The notes beneath the pieces were generated by a model. It searched no databases and was not told the DNA's origin. It saw only the letters and a program-made list of their open reading frames with translations. A program made the position numbers and the translations under genes. 64,000 nt of DNA from positions 6,200,001-6,264,000 of the forward strand of contig CM060731.1 of the NCBI GenBank assembly GCA_030704615.1. Reading direction: 5' to 3'. Positions 22,432 through 36,100 of the stretch are shown here, in pieces (within the stretch, counting starts at the first letter, position 1; every line of letters starts with the position of its first letter). The DNA comes from Takakia lepidozioides (Eukaryota > Plantae > Bryophyta).

Positions 22432-23469
22432 TACAAACCCTTGACCCTCAAGTCGACAAAAAATCCTGACTCAAAGAAAGACCTCTTCATGAGGACCTTG
22501 CTACATATTAACAGGTTATTTGTCTCGCATATCATTCCACAGCAAAGCATAGGTGAAAACCTGTAACAAATAACCAGCTGAGATTCCAGCTGCAACACCT
22601 TGAATGTCTTTATGCATCTGTGTAAGACTCCCCTGTTGTGGGGTAACTTCCTACACAGCTTTTGGCTAAATTAAAAATTGGTCTTAAAGAAGAGCCCTTA
22701 ATCACGTCCTGTATCAAGGCAAAGACTCCTTAAGGTATGGTGCCAAGAGGTTGATGTACTTAATCGTTTCAAGCTGAAACATATGATAACATCAAGTTTA
22801 TACATTCAGGCTGGCTCTACAGTTTGCATATGCCAAATTTCCTGCACTGTTGCATGGTTTCACGACCATCAAGTAAAACCTGCTTTCACATTGTTGTCAC
22901 CATGGACAAAGGCTGTTCCTCGATTACAAATCAAAAGTGACACTTGCAAGTTCCTCCGTCTGTCGGTTATAGAGGCTCAGGGACACTTTTGTGCCTACCA
23001 TCTCAATAAAGCTTAATATTGCAGATGAGGTGTTGATGTTTTTGTTTGTGAGAAAGGAAGATGTGCGATGGAGATTTGCAAGAGTATCCTTAAGCAGCCT
23101 CACTCTCTCACTTTCTCATGTCGTTCCTACAGCAACTGTTTTGTTTCCCGAACTTGACCCTATTTTACTCAAGACACCATATTCTCTTGGGCCCGTGACT
23201 CCAAATTGGTAGGCATATGGTTTTTTGAACACGGGACCATCTTTGCATCATTGAGATGCATACCAGATCACAAACCTGAGAGGTATTGGGTAGATGCTCC
23301 AAAGCAGTCCTCCAATCACAAGAGAATGATTTTCACCAAATCTTAACTCAACTCACATGCTCTTTAAAAAGAGATTCCTTTATCTACTTCCTTCAGCTGG
23401 CTGTTGGGTGAGGGAACTAATGAGTACCAGAGAGTGCTTCACAACTAGAGAAATTTGTAACACACTCAC

Positions 23470-24215
23470 CCGATGGTTGGTCTTGAGATTGTCAATCTGC
23501 TTCTTGAAGACATCCGCCCAGAAATCTTTGCAAATGAATTTCACAGCCTCAAGATGGTCTCCAAATCGTGGGCAATCCTTGGTATACCTTCCAACCAAGA
23601 GGTATATTATGAGACCAAAGCAGACACTCTGTTCACTTTCAGGCCATGGATACACTGCACTGCATGCCCTGTACAAGAGGGCATGAATATATTCATAAAG
23701 GTTGGTTCACCGCAGCGAATGCTCCGAGCAGCCCTAAAATTTCAGTCATTGCGTTGGCGCGTGGGTACAACCTTCGCCAGCGACGTTTAACGGCTCCTCG
23801 GGGATAATGTGGTACACAACACATCCTTAATTCTCAAAATGCAGGTAGAAAATTGAAACCCACGCAATTTTATTGTGGAAGAGGAGAGTTGGTTGTGGCA
23901 CATTTTCGCACAAAGAAAAAATCAACTTTGGACAGCCTTCACCACAACCCGCTCTTTGAATGTTTACAAATTTCAGAGTTGCATGATTCACAATTTCCTA
24001 TGAACTGGAAATGATCCTCCCCTTTCTCTACACTGTGATAGAGAAGAGAATTACCGTTCTGCTAATTGGAGGCCAACCTGATAACCAATGGATTCAATGC
24101 GGCGCGCAGCAAGTTCCGGCTTGGTGGGATGAATTCGATTGCGATACACTGCCACCAGCTCCAAGTTCACACTGTCCATGCAGCTCTCCGCCACCTCCCT
24201 CACCCCCCCGAGCAT
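23470..24215 (-). pseudogene. TRS33: TRAPP subunit TRS33/TRAPPC6, first two exons only (24215-24055, 23587-23470)
   Basis: REVAESC...KPELAARRIESIGYQVGLQLAER|[39 protein letters not shown]. The downstream GTFVLQD/FPCG exons could not be found. Confidence 0.8.
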
Positions 24216-25333
24216 CGTGCAGACCACGAGGACCTTCGTCACTACACAATCGAGGGCCCCAAAACCCTAAAAGCAGCAAAGGCCTCACTGACGATGTTCA
24301 TTCGTCCGTTCGTTGGCGTTACATTAACTTTACCATCTTTTATTACCATCCATCATGAATTACCTAACCGTGGTTCGGTTGCGTATCCCTCGCGCGAGTT
24401 TGGATAGGCAAGTGTGAATTATGATACATAGTCTAACGCAAGTCTTGCATCATCTCCGAGTCCTGTCTCTCTCTCTCTCTCTCCCTCTCTCTCTCTCCCC
24501 AGCTCTTGCATTCATATAACTTCTGGAGATCAGCAACGAAGTGGTCGTAATGATCACTGGGAAAACATTACAAGAATACTTGTAATCCCTTCTCCCAGTT
24601 GGAAGGGCCAACTTGGCTCCCTCACGTCAGTTCCTGTTTTCAGGATTGAGGTTCTATGAGAGGACGTTGTGAGGCCAATTGGACTTCACACGGGTGCACA
24701 AACATGTACAAAGACGATTCTGTAGCTCATGGATCAGAGGAGGATCATATGATGTAAGCCAGACCTCAAGAAGCAGACCTGACAGCCCGGGTGATAATTT
24801 ATCTGAAAGCACGTCTCGACCAGGGATATTCAATGACGTCTTTTACATTGCGAGCTTGCATTATCTGGCTGCCATGCCTCGGGATGGTCAGTGCTACAAA
24901 GGAGATGGGAGATGGGTTGGAGGCACCTAGTTGAATGCGGTGAGGACGTACAGTCGTCCCAACAGGAACTGGAGGCTTGATGATGTTCAGCATGATGGGC
25001 TGAAGCTGAAAGGCCGCAGCTTATATATAGTGTCCGAACGAAGAGAGGACTGTAAGTTGATAGACATGGTATCATACAGCCACTGCAGGCCAAGAATGCG
25101 TATGGACACGGGAAGAAATTAAAAGATGCTTTTGATATTTGGTTTGCTACTCTGCAGTTTGGACGGAGCATACGGGACGCCGGGTCACGGTGCACAAGCA
25201 GAGAACTGCTCACTGTTGCCCACTCCTACAGTAGCGCTGCCCAGGAAGAGCTTTAGAGGAGCACCGACTGCTCAACATATTCTCAAACTTAGAAGAAACA
25301 GGCAGGAGGAAACACTGACGCTGGGGTCCCGAG

Positions 25334-28300
25334 ATGAGAATAGACTTCTGGTTAGATGGTACAATCACAACTGAGAGAAAATTTCGTTGCAATAGCAAAA
25401 GGCAGATAAATTTTCTCCACATTTTAGCTGTATTGAGCGTGGTCTTCATCGATGCCGCGCGAGCAGTCTCAGAAGATGGACAGATCTTACTGGCCTTCAG
25501 AGAATCGATCGTTGATGACCTTGGGGTTCTCCAAGATTGGCTCGAGTCCGATGCTCTTCCCTGCAGCTGGACTGGTGTCACCTACAATGACACGAATGCT
25601 GTGATAGGTAAGTCAGCTTGACCACCTCAGCCAAGCTTTGGTATGTGCTCAACTTTACACACTCTCAAAGCCCTGGGGATTGTTTTGGAGCCCACACAAG
25701 GGTACATTTTATATCTGAAATTCGACTGATTACAATTTAAGGCGACTCCACTGTACAAGTGCTACGGGATATAAAATAATAAGGTAGAGTTGGTCAGATC
25801 ACACAAGAATTTCCTGACATCTTCTGGAAATTGACAACTTCTCCTGTTGCTATTGTTACTCTAGATCAAGAATGAGACTCCATAATTCTACCTACGTATG
25901 CTTTGGCTTCAAATATCTGAACCTCTGACAATGATGGGCTGGAAGCTAATCTCCCCAAAAATTGTCACTGAGGAATTGTTCTGAAATGAAGACTTTTTGA
26001 GGAAACTTATTTCAGCTCTGGACATGCCTGCAAGGTTATCTGCTGGTTATACTCGCACTCTGTTGGAAGTATGCTTAACCGGATATTGAGACCAAGTTGT
26101 TAAACCCACATTTAAATGTTTGCCACTTAGAGAGGTACTAGAAAGTACTGTAGAGGCAAACAACTGTTTGAAAGACGCTCCTTAGTCTTGAAATGTGGAT
26201 GAAAATGTGGATCTCAAATGCTGAATATGCGTATCTCCTAATGCAGGTCTTGATCTCTCGGACATGAATTTAACAGGGCTGCTTCCAGGCACACTCTGCC
26301 AACTACCCTCTCTCACCTTGCTTGAGCTGCAAGAGAACCTCTTTACTGGCTTCCTTCCTCCAGGACTGTTCAATTGTACTAGATTGCTGCATCTGGATTT
26401 GAGCTCAAATAATTTCACAGGGACAATACCAGATGGTATCTCTGGTATTCAATCACTAATGTATCTCAACCTCTCGATGAATGAATTCAACGGAGGCATA
26501 CCTCCTGGTATTGGACAACTTTCAGAGCTGCGCTTTCTTGATATGATCTATTGCGGCGTGAATGGGAAAATCCTGGATCAGATTGGCAACCTCACTAAAT
26601 TGATAAATGTCTCCCTTTCTTGGAATTCCTTCGCCCCAGGTAATGATTTGAGGGTGATGGATACATTGATCTTTACAGGTACCCTTGTTGCTTTAGAGTA
26701 AGCCTTTATTGTGCTTTTTAAAATAATGTCATTCCCAACCCCTAATAAACACTTGGAACCCCTCCAACTGAACTGTAAATGGCCGTGTGTGAGGTCTGTG
26801 AATTTCAGGCTGGTTTGGTTCTCATGCACCAACTACCATTGCAGATTGCATTATGTCAAATTTGATTATTGGCTTGTAGAATTGTTGACTTCTCACACTG
26901 CTTCTACTTCCAGGACCTTCCTTCTACATTCGCCAAGCTGCGGCAGCTGGAATCTCTGGAGTGTGCAAGCTGTCATCTCCTTGGAAGCATTCCACCTTGG
27001 CTTGGGAGCTTGTCTGGTCTAGATTACATAGACTTGAGTTATAATGATCTATCTGGAAGCATTCCTCCATCTCTCATGCGATTGCCTAAGCTGACAAGGT
27101 TGGAGCTATACAAAATAGGCTGACAGGGACGATCCCCACAGAGATATGGAACCTTACTTCTCTCACAGATCTCGATTTATCAGACAATTTACTGGTAGGT
27201 TCAATACCTGACAGCATCACCCAACTGGAACACTTGGGGCTAATTCATTTGCAAAACAACAGCTTGAATGGAGAGATCCCCCAGGGGCTTGTCAACCTAC
27301 ATTATCTCTCTGACTTGAAGCTGTTTATGAATGACTTAACCGGATCCATCCCTCCTGCCCTTGGGGGCAACTGTACACTCTTGCAGTTTGATGTCTCGAC
27401 TAATCATCTCAGAAGGGTTATACCTTCCGGTCTGTGCAATGGAGGCAAGTTATGGAGGTATACCTGTCTCTTGGTTTGTTCTCCTCTTCCATGGGCCCTT
27501 GTGGCCATTTGTGCCATCACAAACTCCTTTCTTTCTCTCTCATCGTCCCATAAGTCTTTGGGCTTCCCCTGCATAAAGCTCTTTCTCTTTCCTTTCTCAC
27601 TGTAATCAGCCTTGTGAGACGTTCTTCAGTTTGGACACCCAGAACTGCTGAGCAGCATACTGCAGTAGGAACTCCTTTGGTAAGGGTAGGCAGGAACTTA
27701 CCAAAGTCCATAAGATTCAAAACTTTTTTTTTTTTTTGAGATTTTGACTACCTTCATCATCTAGAAGTCCATGTGTCTCGTCTGGCTTCCACTTGACATA
27801 AACAAATTTACCTTTGGTACAGAAACATAGCAAGTGTTCTAAGAAGCTAGCATCAACAATTGCTTTCTATGTACTGAATTGTTCGATGGCTATCAGGTTC
27901 GTATTGTTCAGCAACAGCTTCTTCGGAAACCTTCCAGAAGCTTATGGAAACTGTTCAAGCCTCATTCGGTTCAGGATCTATGGCAACATGTTTAATGGGA
28001 CTGTTCCTAGTGGGCTGTGGGGCTCCCCCAACCTCCGTCTGCTGGAGGTTTACGACAATTTCTTTGAAGGAAGCATCCCTCCAACTATTGGCAATGCAAA
28101 CAAGTCTTACTTCATTGAAAGTTTATAATAATCAACTCAGTGGAACCCTCCCCCCTGAACTGGGGAAACTTAGAAATCTCGATAGTTTTTTTGCATCGCG
28201 TAACAGGCTCTTTGGTGTGATACCTCAGCAGCTAGGAGACTGTGGGCCTGTTTTGACCAACCTGTATCTTGATGGAAATGCTCTTTCTCAGCAGATTCCC

Positions 28301-28585
28301 TCAGAAATTGGCAACCTTTCGAAGCTTGGTTACGTAAGCCTGGCTTCCAATCAGCTGTCTGGTCCGATTCCTCCAGAAATAGGGCACCTAGCCAGTCTTG
28401 TCCATCTAGACCTCTCTGAAAATAAACTGAGTGGGGCAGTTCCGGATGCATTAGGGGAATTGAATCTTTTGAACTTCATCTCCTTCAATCTTTCGTTCAA
28501 CAACCTGTCTGGCATCTTGCCAAGTGCTTTGTCAGGTAATCTCTTCTCTTTGGGATTCAAAGGAAACCCCAATCTGTCTACGTAG
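25334..28585 (+). pseudogene. LRR receptor-like kinase ectodomain (HAESA/LRR-XI-like), frameshifted and truncated before the TM and kinase domains
   Basis: Signal peptide and LRRNT cap (DW...PCSWTGVT), plant-specific LxxLxLxxNxLSGxIP repeats, end cap FKGNPNL. Frameshifts near 27115 and 28100; stop at 28583-28585. Confidence 0.85.
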
Positions 28586-30869
28586 AAAGTCCCTAATTAC
28601 ATGGGTTACATGCAATGACTGGGATAAGCTGTCAACTTTACCTGTGAGATCCCAAACTGCATGGACTGCTCCTTCCTTTCGCCTCAACATTTTTTCGAAC
28701 ATATCTATAGCAGCATGTAGAGCTTCCCCATGCCGGTTACCGGATCGATCAAGCAAGACTATTGCCCTACTTGGATCAAGAGCATGGAGTGCTCCTCCAC
28801 CTCCAGCCCTAGGAAGTGAACCAACTCCACTACCAAGTCCCCTTGGACGCATGTCAGCACCCAACGCAGACCCAATAGATCCCTCTTCTCCAGCCACATT
28901 TGCCACGGTCCGACATTTCTTGAGCAAAAACCGAATTTGAGCCAACTGGATCTTCTTGTGGAAACCTGTCTCTATCTTGTTTCTAGGCCTAACTGGCCCA
29001 GACATCAAACCTGAGGACTTTGACTAAAATGCTTATCTCAGGATGTATGCAATTCCAGGAGACAAAGAAGGAGCAAACCCTGTTTGCATACTAATAAAAG
29101 CCCATGTGGTCTCTGATGCATCATCAGAACGAGATCCATTAGACACAGGAATATGGGTGCCTACAGTTGGTGGCTGTGGAAAATCATCCAAACATACAAA
29201 CAAAGCAACTGGTGTATACTGCCCATGAGGAAACAAGACCAGGGATGAACCTGACATAAGAGTTATGGTCGATGCTTGCGGCCCTGTGGTACCTACATTC
29301 CTTCTTGAGGCATTGCTGGAGGCTAGAGACACGAGATGATGTGACATGTCTATAATCAACAATCTTTGCCTCTATGATTAGCAATCTGACTTCACTTGGC
29401 TTGAAGCTGCACTAACTTAGGTTATATGATTACTAAGATGCATACAGTTGGCTTCCAACTTTTCCAAGAACTTCCAGCTACTTCACAAACAGAGTTAGAC
29501 AAGATGATTTGGCCTGAGGCTGAGAGGAAAACATATGTTGGATCAAATGGGCCCCAAAATTTGAATCTTTCAGTTTGACTTGTTCTTTATCTCCCAATCT
29601 AGAATATTAGGTTTAAGGTCAATGTTGCTTCCATAGGAAAAACTACAGTTTCAAAGTTGACTGCAACTTTTTGGGGACAGGTGTCCAGACTCACATGGCC
29701 CTGTGGACGTTAACTCCGACAAACACTTGCGAGTATAGCTCAAGCAGGTTGCTAACTCTTTCAGAGCCGGTTTAGAAATACCAACCCCATATTGCAAAGC
29801 GGAGTTGAGGAGGTCCCATTGACGGATTCGACCCTCAAAACTCATGGCGCTCCCTCCCTCCTCTAGTGAATTTTTAACATCGTCATTTGAGGGACATCAA
29901 AATCGCCCTCATCCATGGATTACGTGTTTCTGCCTCTGCCCTGGACAGGTATCAACAATTCACTAGCAGTCTTTATGCCAAGTAAAGTCTATGCTCAAGG
30001 GGTTTTACAGGATTTGAGCCCTTGTGCTCAGGATCTCAAATCCTAGAAACCCACCTGGAACCACCTATCAAACCCCCAGTTCCAATGCTGGCGATAATCG
30101 CCCCAACTACAACCTGCGGTGCCGGTCTGGTTTCTGCAGTTGCCTACTCCGGTTCATCCACGGGTTCCGGTACTGGTTACCCGGAACCACCTGGAAACTA
30201 TGTATGGAAGAAGAAGAAGAGAAGAAAGAAGACTACAGCCGAAGCCCACGTAACTAAGAGTCACTTCGCATTAGGGCTACTGCCCCTTTTCAGGGATGGG
30301 CCCTATCATGACTGGAACTAGAACCTCCCAACACTATGAATATTTGTGGAATAGTTACTAGGGCCTCCCCTTTGTTTACATATATATTGAAAAAATGATT
30401 GCATTGTTACTTAATTGTGTACACAGTTGAAGTCTACACTTCACACTGTACTAACAGTATAACCCTTGATAGGACAGTAAAGGGTGTGTATGTTTGGCTT
30501 GATTGATTCCACAAGGACTTGAGGTGAGAGACTCACAGATAGAGGGAGAAGGGGTTTGGACCCAATCTCATCCATGGGGATGAACCTTATACTTATGTGC
30601 ATATCTACTACACCCACGTCCTGTAAAAAGTGTAGGCAATTTGACCATTGCATTTGGGAGATTATAATACAATAATCTGCCCCAATTTGTAAATGTATTT
30701 GAAAATTACATGGAGAAAATTGTTTGACCACAAAATTCAGGAAGATTATAGGAATTATGTAAGAACTTAATGCACACAGGCAACCTATGACAGGATGGTA
30801 CGCCGGTTTCTGGTATGTCAAATCTTCCCCACCCTCTCTTGAGAGTGACATGGAACTGAAGGAGTATAA

Positions 30870-31130
30870 ACTCTAATCGGGATTACACTGGGTCACATGA
30901 CGAGGTGTGTAACTCCACTTGGGGTTACATTGGGTTACATGATGAGGTGTATAACTCCACTCGGGGTTACACATAATGGAGTGTAACTCCACTCAGTGTA
31001 ACTCACACTTGGTCTCGAAATTTGACTAAGTCAGAATTTGGCCAAGTATAACATGGACTAACCAGAGTTGCATGAGAAACTAGGGTTACAGAGGGTTACA
31101 CCGATCAGAATACTAATACCCCAGGTTACA
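30870..31130. repeat. Cluster of short GGGTTACA / TGTAACTCC direct and inverted motifs
   Basis: About 10 copies in both orientations, partly as ~45-50 bp units. Confidence 0.7.
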
Positions 31131-32242
31131 CTACAAGAGCCCTCCCATCAAAACCCGGAACTTCGCCACTTACCATGCTATCACCTTACCATCACGCTAC
31201 ACACCACAGCTTCAAAACCACTTGGATTCTTAAGTATTTAAGAGTGGAACCGAGGTAAGAGGGGTGGGGAGGATTTGACGGGCCCTCCCCTGGAAGAGCC
31301 TAGGCTGCCGGAATCCGGTGAAAGTACCCTCACATCGCATTAAGCCCGAAATTCAAAGTATCAAGTCGAATCTTTCCAGACACGGGCCTTCCATAATCTG
31401 ATTACATGGCACCTAAAGGACTGCCTCCCCCAGGAATTAGACCAAAATTCCAAAAATTGAGATAGGCTCCTTTGTATGTGAAATATGGGGCAATAAATTG
31501 TCATGTTTTGACTTATTTTCCCAAGTTCACACATGAGGTAATATTTCTTTTCTAATTCCTCTGGTAAGTGCACATTAATGTATCATAGTGTCTTGTCCAA
31601 AAAATTTGGCACTATAATAAATTGTCAGCCCTAGATTGTATTTACAAGATTGCCCATTTGGCCTGCCACGTGGGCAAGTGAAGAGTGCTCAACGCTGGAT
31701 TTCCTCACCCCCTTCGCATTTTGCAAAATTCTAGGGAGCAGAGCTTTTATTGGAGACTACACGTTAGTGTCATCGCTAAGCCCCTGTTGTGCCTTCCCCA
31801 AGTGTCACCTCCTCCCCTCCTTTATGTTGAAAACTCATTCCTGATGTGGTTTCTCTAAGTAACACCACTCACAAGTTATATCTATGGTATTGAACAACTT
31901 GTGAGAAATAAGTATGACCCCTCCCCGAAGGCAGCGTCACTTCACCACAAGAGCTACTGCCTTCCAGCGGAAAGGTGGACACCTTCATGACACATCAGAC
32001 CGTGGTTTGAATCCACAACCACATCCAATGTGGTATGTGTCCATTACCACTGGGCTACATGCTGGTTGTCTATGAGAAATAAATGGATCAAGCCGCTTGT
32101 TGTTTTAGGGTGCTGTAAATTTCCACATGTGCTCCTCCCTAACATGTACAATTTATCTACAATTTATCTACTTTCATCCACTATCATCCATGAAAGCTGG
32201 ATCGTGGCAAAAATCGGACGCAATTCGTGTGGGGTTTCTTTA

Positions 32243-32820
32243 GGGGTAAGTATGAATTACCAAAGAGACATCCTCGCGAGGTTGGGTAGCGTGTGAGCAA
32301 GCTCACGCCAGCCAGCGTGAGCACAAAGGCATATTCCATATATTTCCGGATGATAGCAAAACCAAAATGTGTTCACGCGAAAAAAAATACGAAACTATCT
32401 GAAAACAGTGCTCACGCGACAAAACTTATGAAATAATCGACCAAAGCTTAACTCACGTGAGCACAAAGACCCACAAATATATCTGCCAAAACTCAAAAGG
32501 CCAACGCACGTAAACAATGTGGCATTTGGTAAAACATTGTATATAAAACATCCCGATGAACCACCCAAAAAAATGGATTTCGTCAGCAAAACGCAAACGT
32601 ATCTTGGGTTTCGTCAACGAAATTGGGGCATTTTTTTTTCCTTTTATTTTAAGGTTTCTCCCTTCTATATATGTTTAAGATTATATTTAGACACCATGGA
32701 GACCCTGTAAACGCAGAAAGACCCTATGTCGGTCTATTATATGTATTTCCGCTGGCATACATATCACCCCTATAACCTAGTGCAGCTCACGCGTTTGTGC
32801 TCACGCCATACCTATCCCCC
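32243..32820. mobile_element. Putative non-autonomous TIR element rich in GCTCACG/CGTGAGC motifs
   Basis: Weak TIR (GGGGTAAGTATG ... CATACCTATCCCC), GCGTGAGCACAAA inverted at both ends, AT-rich non-coding interior. Confidence 0.45.
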
Positions 32821-33159
32821 ATCATAACTACCTTCAAGTCTTCCAGTAACCCCAATACAAACAATCAGGCTAACAAATCGACAAGCAATAAATGAAAAAG
32901 GAATGGCACTTGCCATGTGAAAAATCAAAGAGGCTGTTCATTCAATTTTGATATGATAGGTTGCCTCTAATGATAGGTTGCCACTAATTCCTGTGACTTC
33001 AACTATGTGTTGTGCGATTAGTAATCTCTGAAGGCACCCAAGGAGACATGACATGTTGGGTAACTCCAATATGTCACAAATCGATATTCAAGGAAATTGT
33101 AGCCAATCCTGACAAATCCTACTTGTACAGTAACTAGTACTTCTTCATTTGTAGTTTTA

Positions 33160-36100
33160 CTATGACTCCTCACTATCAAGTAACTGGGGGCATGTCTTCT
33201 GATTGGCTTTGGTGACGCCTTCATCATGATGAACATCTTTAGCCAAAAGGCTCAAAAGCAACTCGTTAAAATCATTTGGGTTGTCCCACATAGGCCAATG
33301 CGAGCACTACAACACACCAACACAAAACATGAGACAAAGAGACACAGAAATTTGACTAAAAAGGGCTGACCAACCTTGATTCACAAAGGACATATATAAC
33401 AGAAATGATGCTCACCTTTGCAAGAAATGTGAGGGAGGCCTTGGGAGCAATAGCTTCCGGGGGGTGGGCCAATTCTCTCCCAAGGTACTGATCAAGCTCA
33501 CCCCATATCACAGCGACTGGAATTCCAATTTGGTGTGGTTGCTTCAGGCCCCAGAGTCCACTGTAGGCTGCTCGGTAGTAGTTAATGGTTGACTCTACCG
33601 CACCTGGCATTGAGAACGCCACCACATGCCTGCCGCAATCATATCCAAATAAACATCATACTTGGCTAATCAAAGAGAGAACAGGGAGACGTGGGGGACA
33701 GAGAGTGACGACCACAAAAAAGACTACAAAGACACCAAAGGCCCAGAATTCAAGCTTGGCCACACTACTGAATTCAACTCGAAGCACCTTCGCAGCATTA
33801 GTCCCAACCAGGTGAAGCTAAACCATATGCTTACCCATGACCTACATGACCTACATTGAATATATGGATGAGAAACCCTCTACACTCTGATTGAATGATC
33901 TTCGTAGTGCTCGACAAGTTATAGACAGCCCTTACAGTCAAGACCTGAAAAGATCTGGAAGCACCTTGATCACACTACCCAGTCCTACTGCCTAAAGCCT
34001 ATGACTAGGAGCTAGTCTCAACTATACTCTCTTCAAAAGGAAGAATTGGCTGTGGCAGACCTGACCTGGGTTAGGATTTCTTCTGGTATAAGACTTTATA
34101 AGTTCATATCTTTAAATCTTCATAAGTTTTTGGCTTTATGAGAACGGAGCTCTTTTTAACCTGCACTATACAGGGTAACCATCTGAATAAAATTGAGGAC
34201 CAACCTCTTCAAGCATTTGGTAGGAATCAATTGTGGTTTACTTCTGTGAGCTATTTTTGGATAGCTATTTTTGTAACCAGCCCCCTCTATGACTGGTAGA
34301 ATTGACTACATTGCTAACTCCTACTGAGCCATGCTAATTTTCTGGATGAAGAGAGGAACAGCTGTTATGTACAGAAGATAACTCTTCAAGCACTGGTGTG
34401 CATTTTGGTTCAATTCTACTAGGTCCAATGACATCAACTCAGTGTATACTCACATTTTGAGGTGCTTTCTCTGGGCACTTCCTTTGGATACAATACGTTC
34501 CTTGTAACCAGCCCCACCTCAAGTGAGAGGCACAATACAATGTATTCTAAATATGCTTGGTCCTAATCCCTAGAATGCTCTCAAAGGTGGCATCAAGATT
34601 AGTCCTGATATTGCAATGATCAGTAGCCTTTGCCAATACATGGGGTGCTGGCAATGGGGCTACGTGAGCAGCCCAAACTGGGGAACGGTTCATTGTGGAT
34701 TATATCAACGTGGATAAGGAGTTGTTTCCCCTGCGTGCCAAAGTGTTGGTTAATAAAACCGATATCGGTATTTCTGACCCCTTGTCTGGACTGAGATCCA
34801 AAGGTGTATTCTTAACAGCGAGACATCTGTATAATGTTCAATTTAAAAGTGGCCATAGAAAAATTCCCGAGGAAAATGGTCACGATAGAATATGTTCAGG
34901 CCTTGAAAGAGGCTCTCCCACCCTTCATCCAATTGCTCCAAGCTCTCCCTCTTGCTTGGCTGATGCAAGAAGCAAGGTCGAAAGAGCTGGGAGAGTTTCG
35001 AGACTTGTGTGACTGATAATATCATTGGAAGGAAACTAATTGTACGCGGAAGACCAGTGAAATGGAGGACCAGTGAGATCAAGCATAAGAGCACCGAGAG
35101 AGGCTTTCTAGGGACTGCTGTATTATCAGAGATGACAGAGAGATGTGGTCTAAACATTACCAGCAGCGAAAAGATGTAAAATCAACTAGTAAAGACTCAG
35201 AAGAAAATGTATTGGGAAGAGTGACATTTACTTGCACCACCGCAGTGGTAATGATAAAAGATTCTGGTTGGCCTTACAGTGTCTGTATAGGCCGAAAACT
35301 GGCCATCAAGTACCTTTTGAGGAATAACAAGGGTGAAGTGGTGACTTCTGGTTGAGATTGTGACCCTTTGGAGAGCACTACAGCATTTTTGGCCCTGAAT
35401 CTAACTCTGGTAAAGAATGGAAGGATAGAGTAGAAAGAACTGTTCCTATGATCCAGACAGCCCTGATGAACTGGAGGATATCACAACTGGATACAAAACA
35501 CCCGTTAGTTCTTCTGAGATTGCTGAAGCAATAGAACATCCAAAGGCTATAAAGCCGGTGGGTGTGAGAGCTAATTAAGCATGGTCCTATGGTAGAGCCC
35601 TCATCTTTAACCTTCTTTGGAAGACTGAAATGATACCCTATCGCAGGAGAGAGGGTGTCATTGGTGTATAAGAAAGGCGACAGAGAAGAGCCTGGGAACA
35701 ACCGGGGTCATTACACTGGATGTCAGAAATCTTATGACATGGTATGACGCGACAGGCTGTGGCATTGACTGTGGTCGGTGCCAGGGGAAAAATGCGGAGA
35801 ATGGTTCACAACCTGTATGCAAACACCAAATGTTGTGCTATGGCTAATGGCCAGAAGTCTAATTTCTTTGACATTGACCAAGGTGTAGCTCAAGGCTGTA
35901 TCCTCTCCCAACTGCTCTTCAATGTTTTCAGTAATAGCTCCTTGAAGATGTGGGATATTACACCCAATCTTGTGCGAAGAGGTCCTTTCATCTGTGGTGG
36001 CTACAAGCCAATGTAAGTAAATACGCAGTTATGGCCTTCAAAGATGGAAGGAGGAGGGGATCTCAAATGGACATTGGGCAGTGAAGAGATCCCTCTGCTC

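Noticed and set aside
30417-30850. Solo LTR (TGTCAC start on the minus strand)
   Set aside because: No TSD or second copy could be verified in the window.
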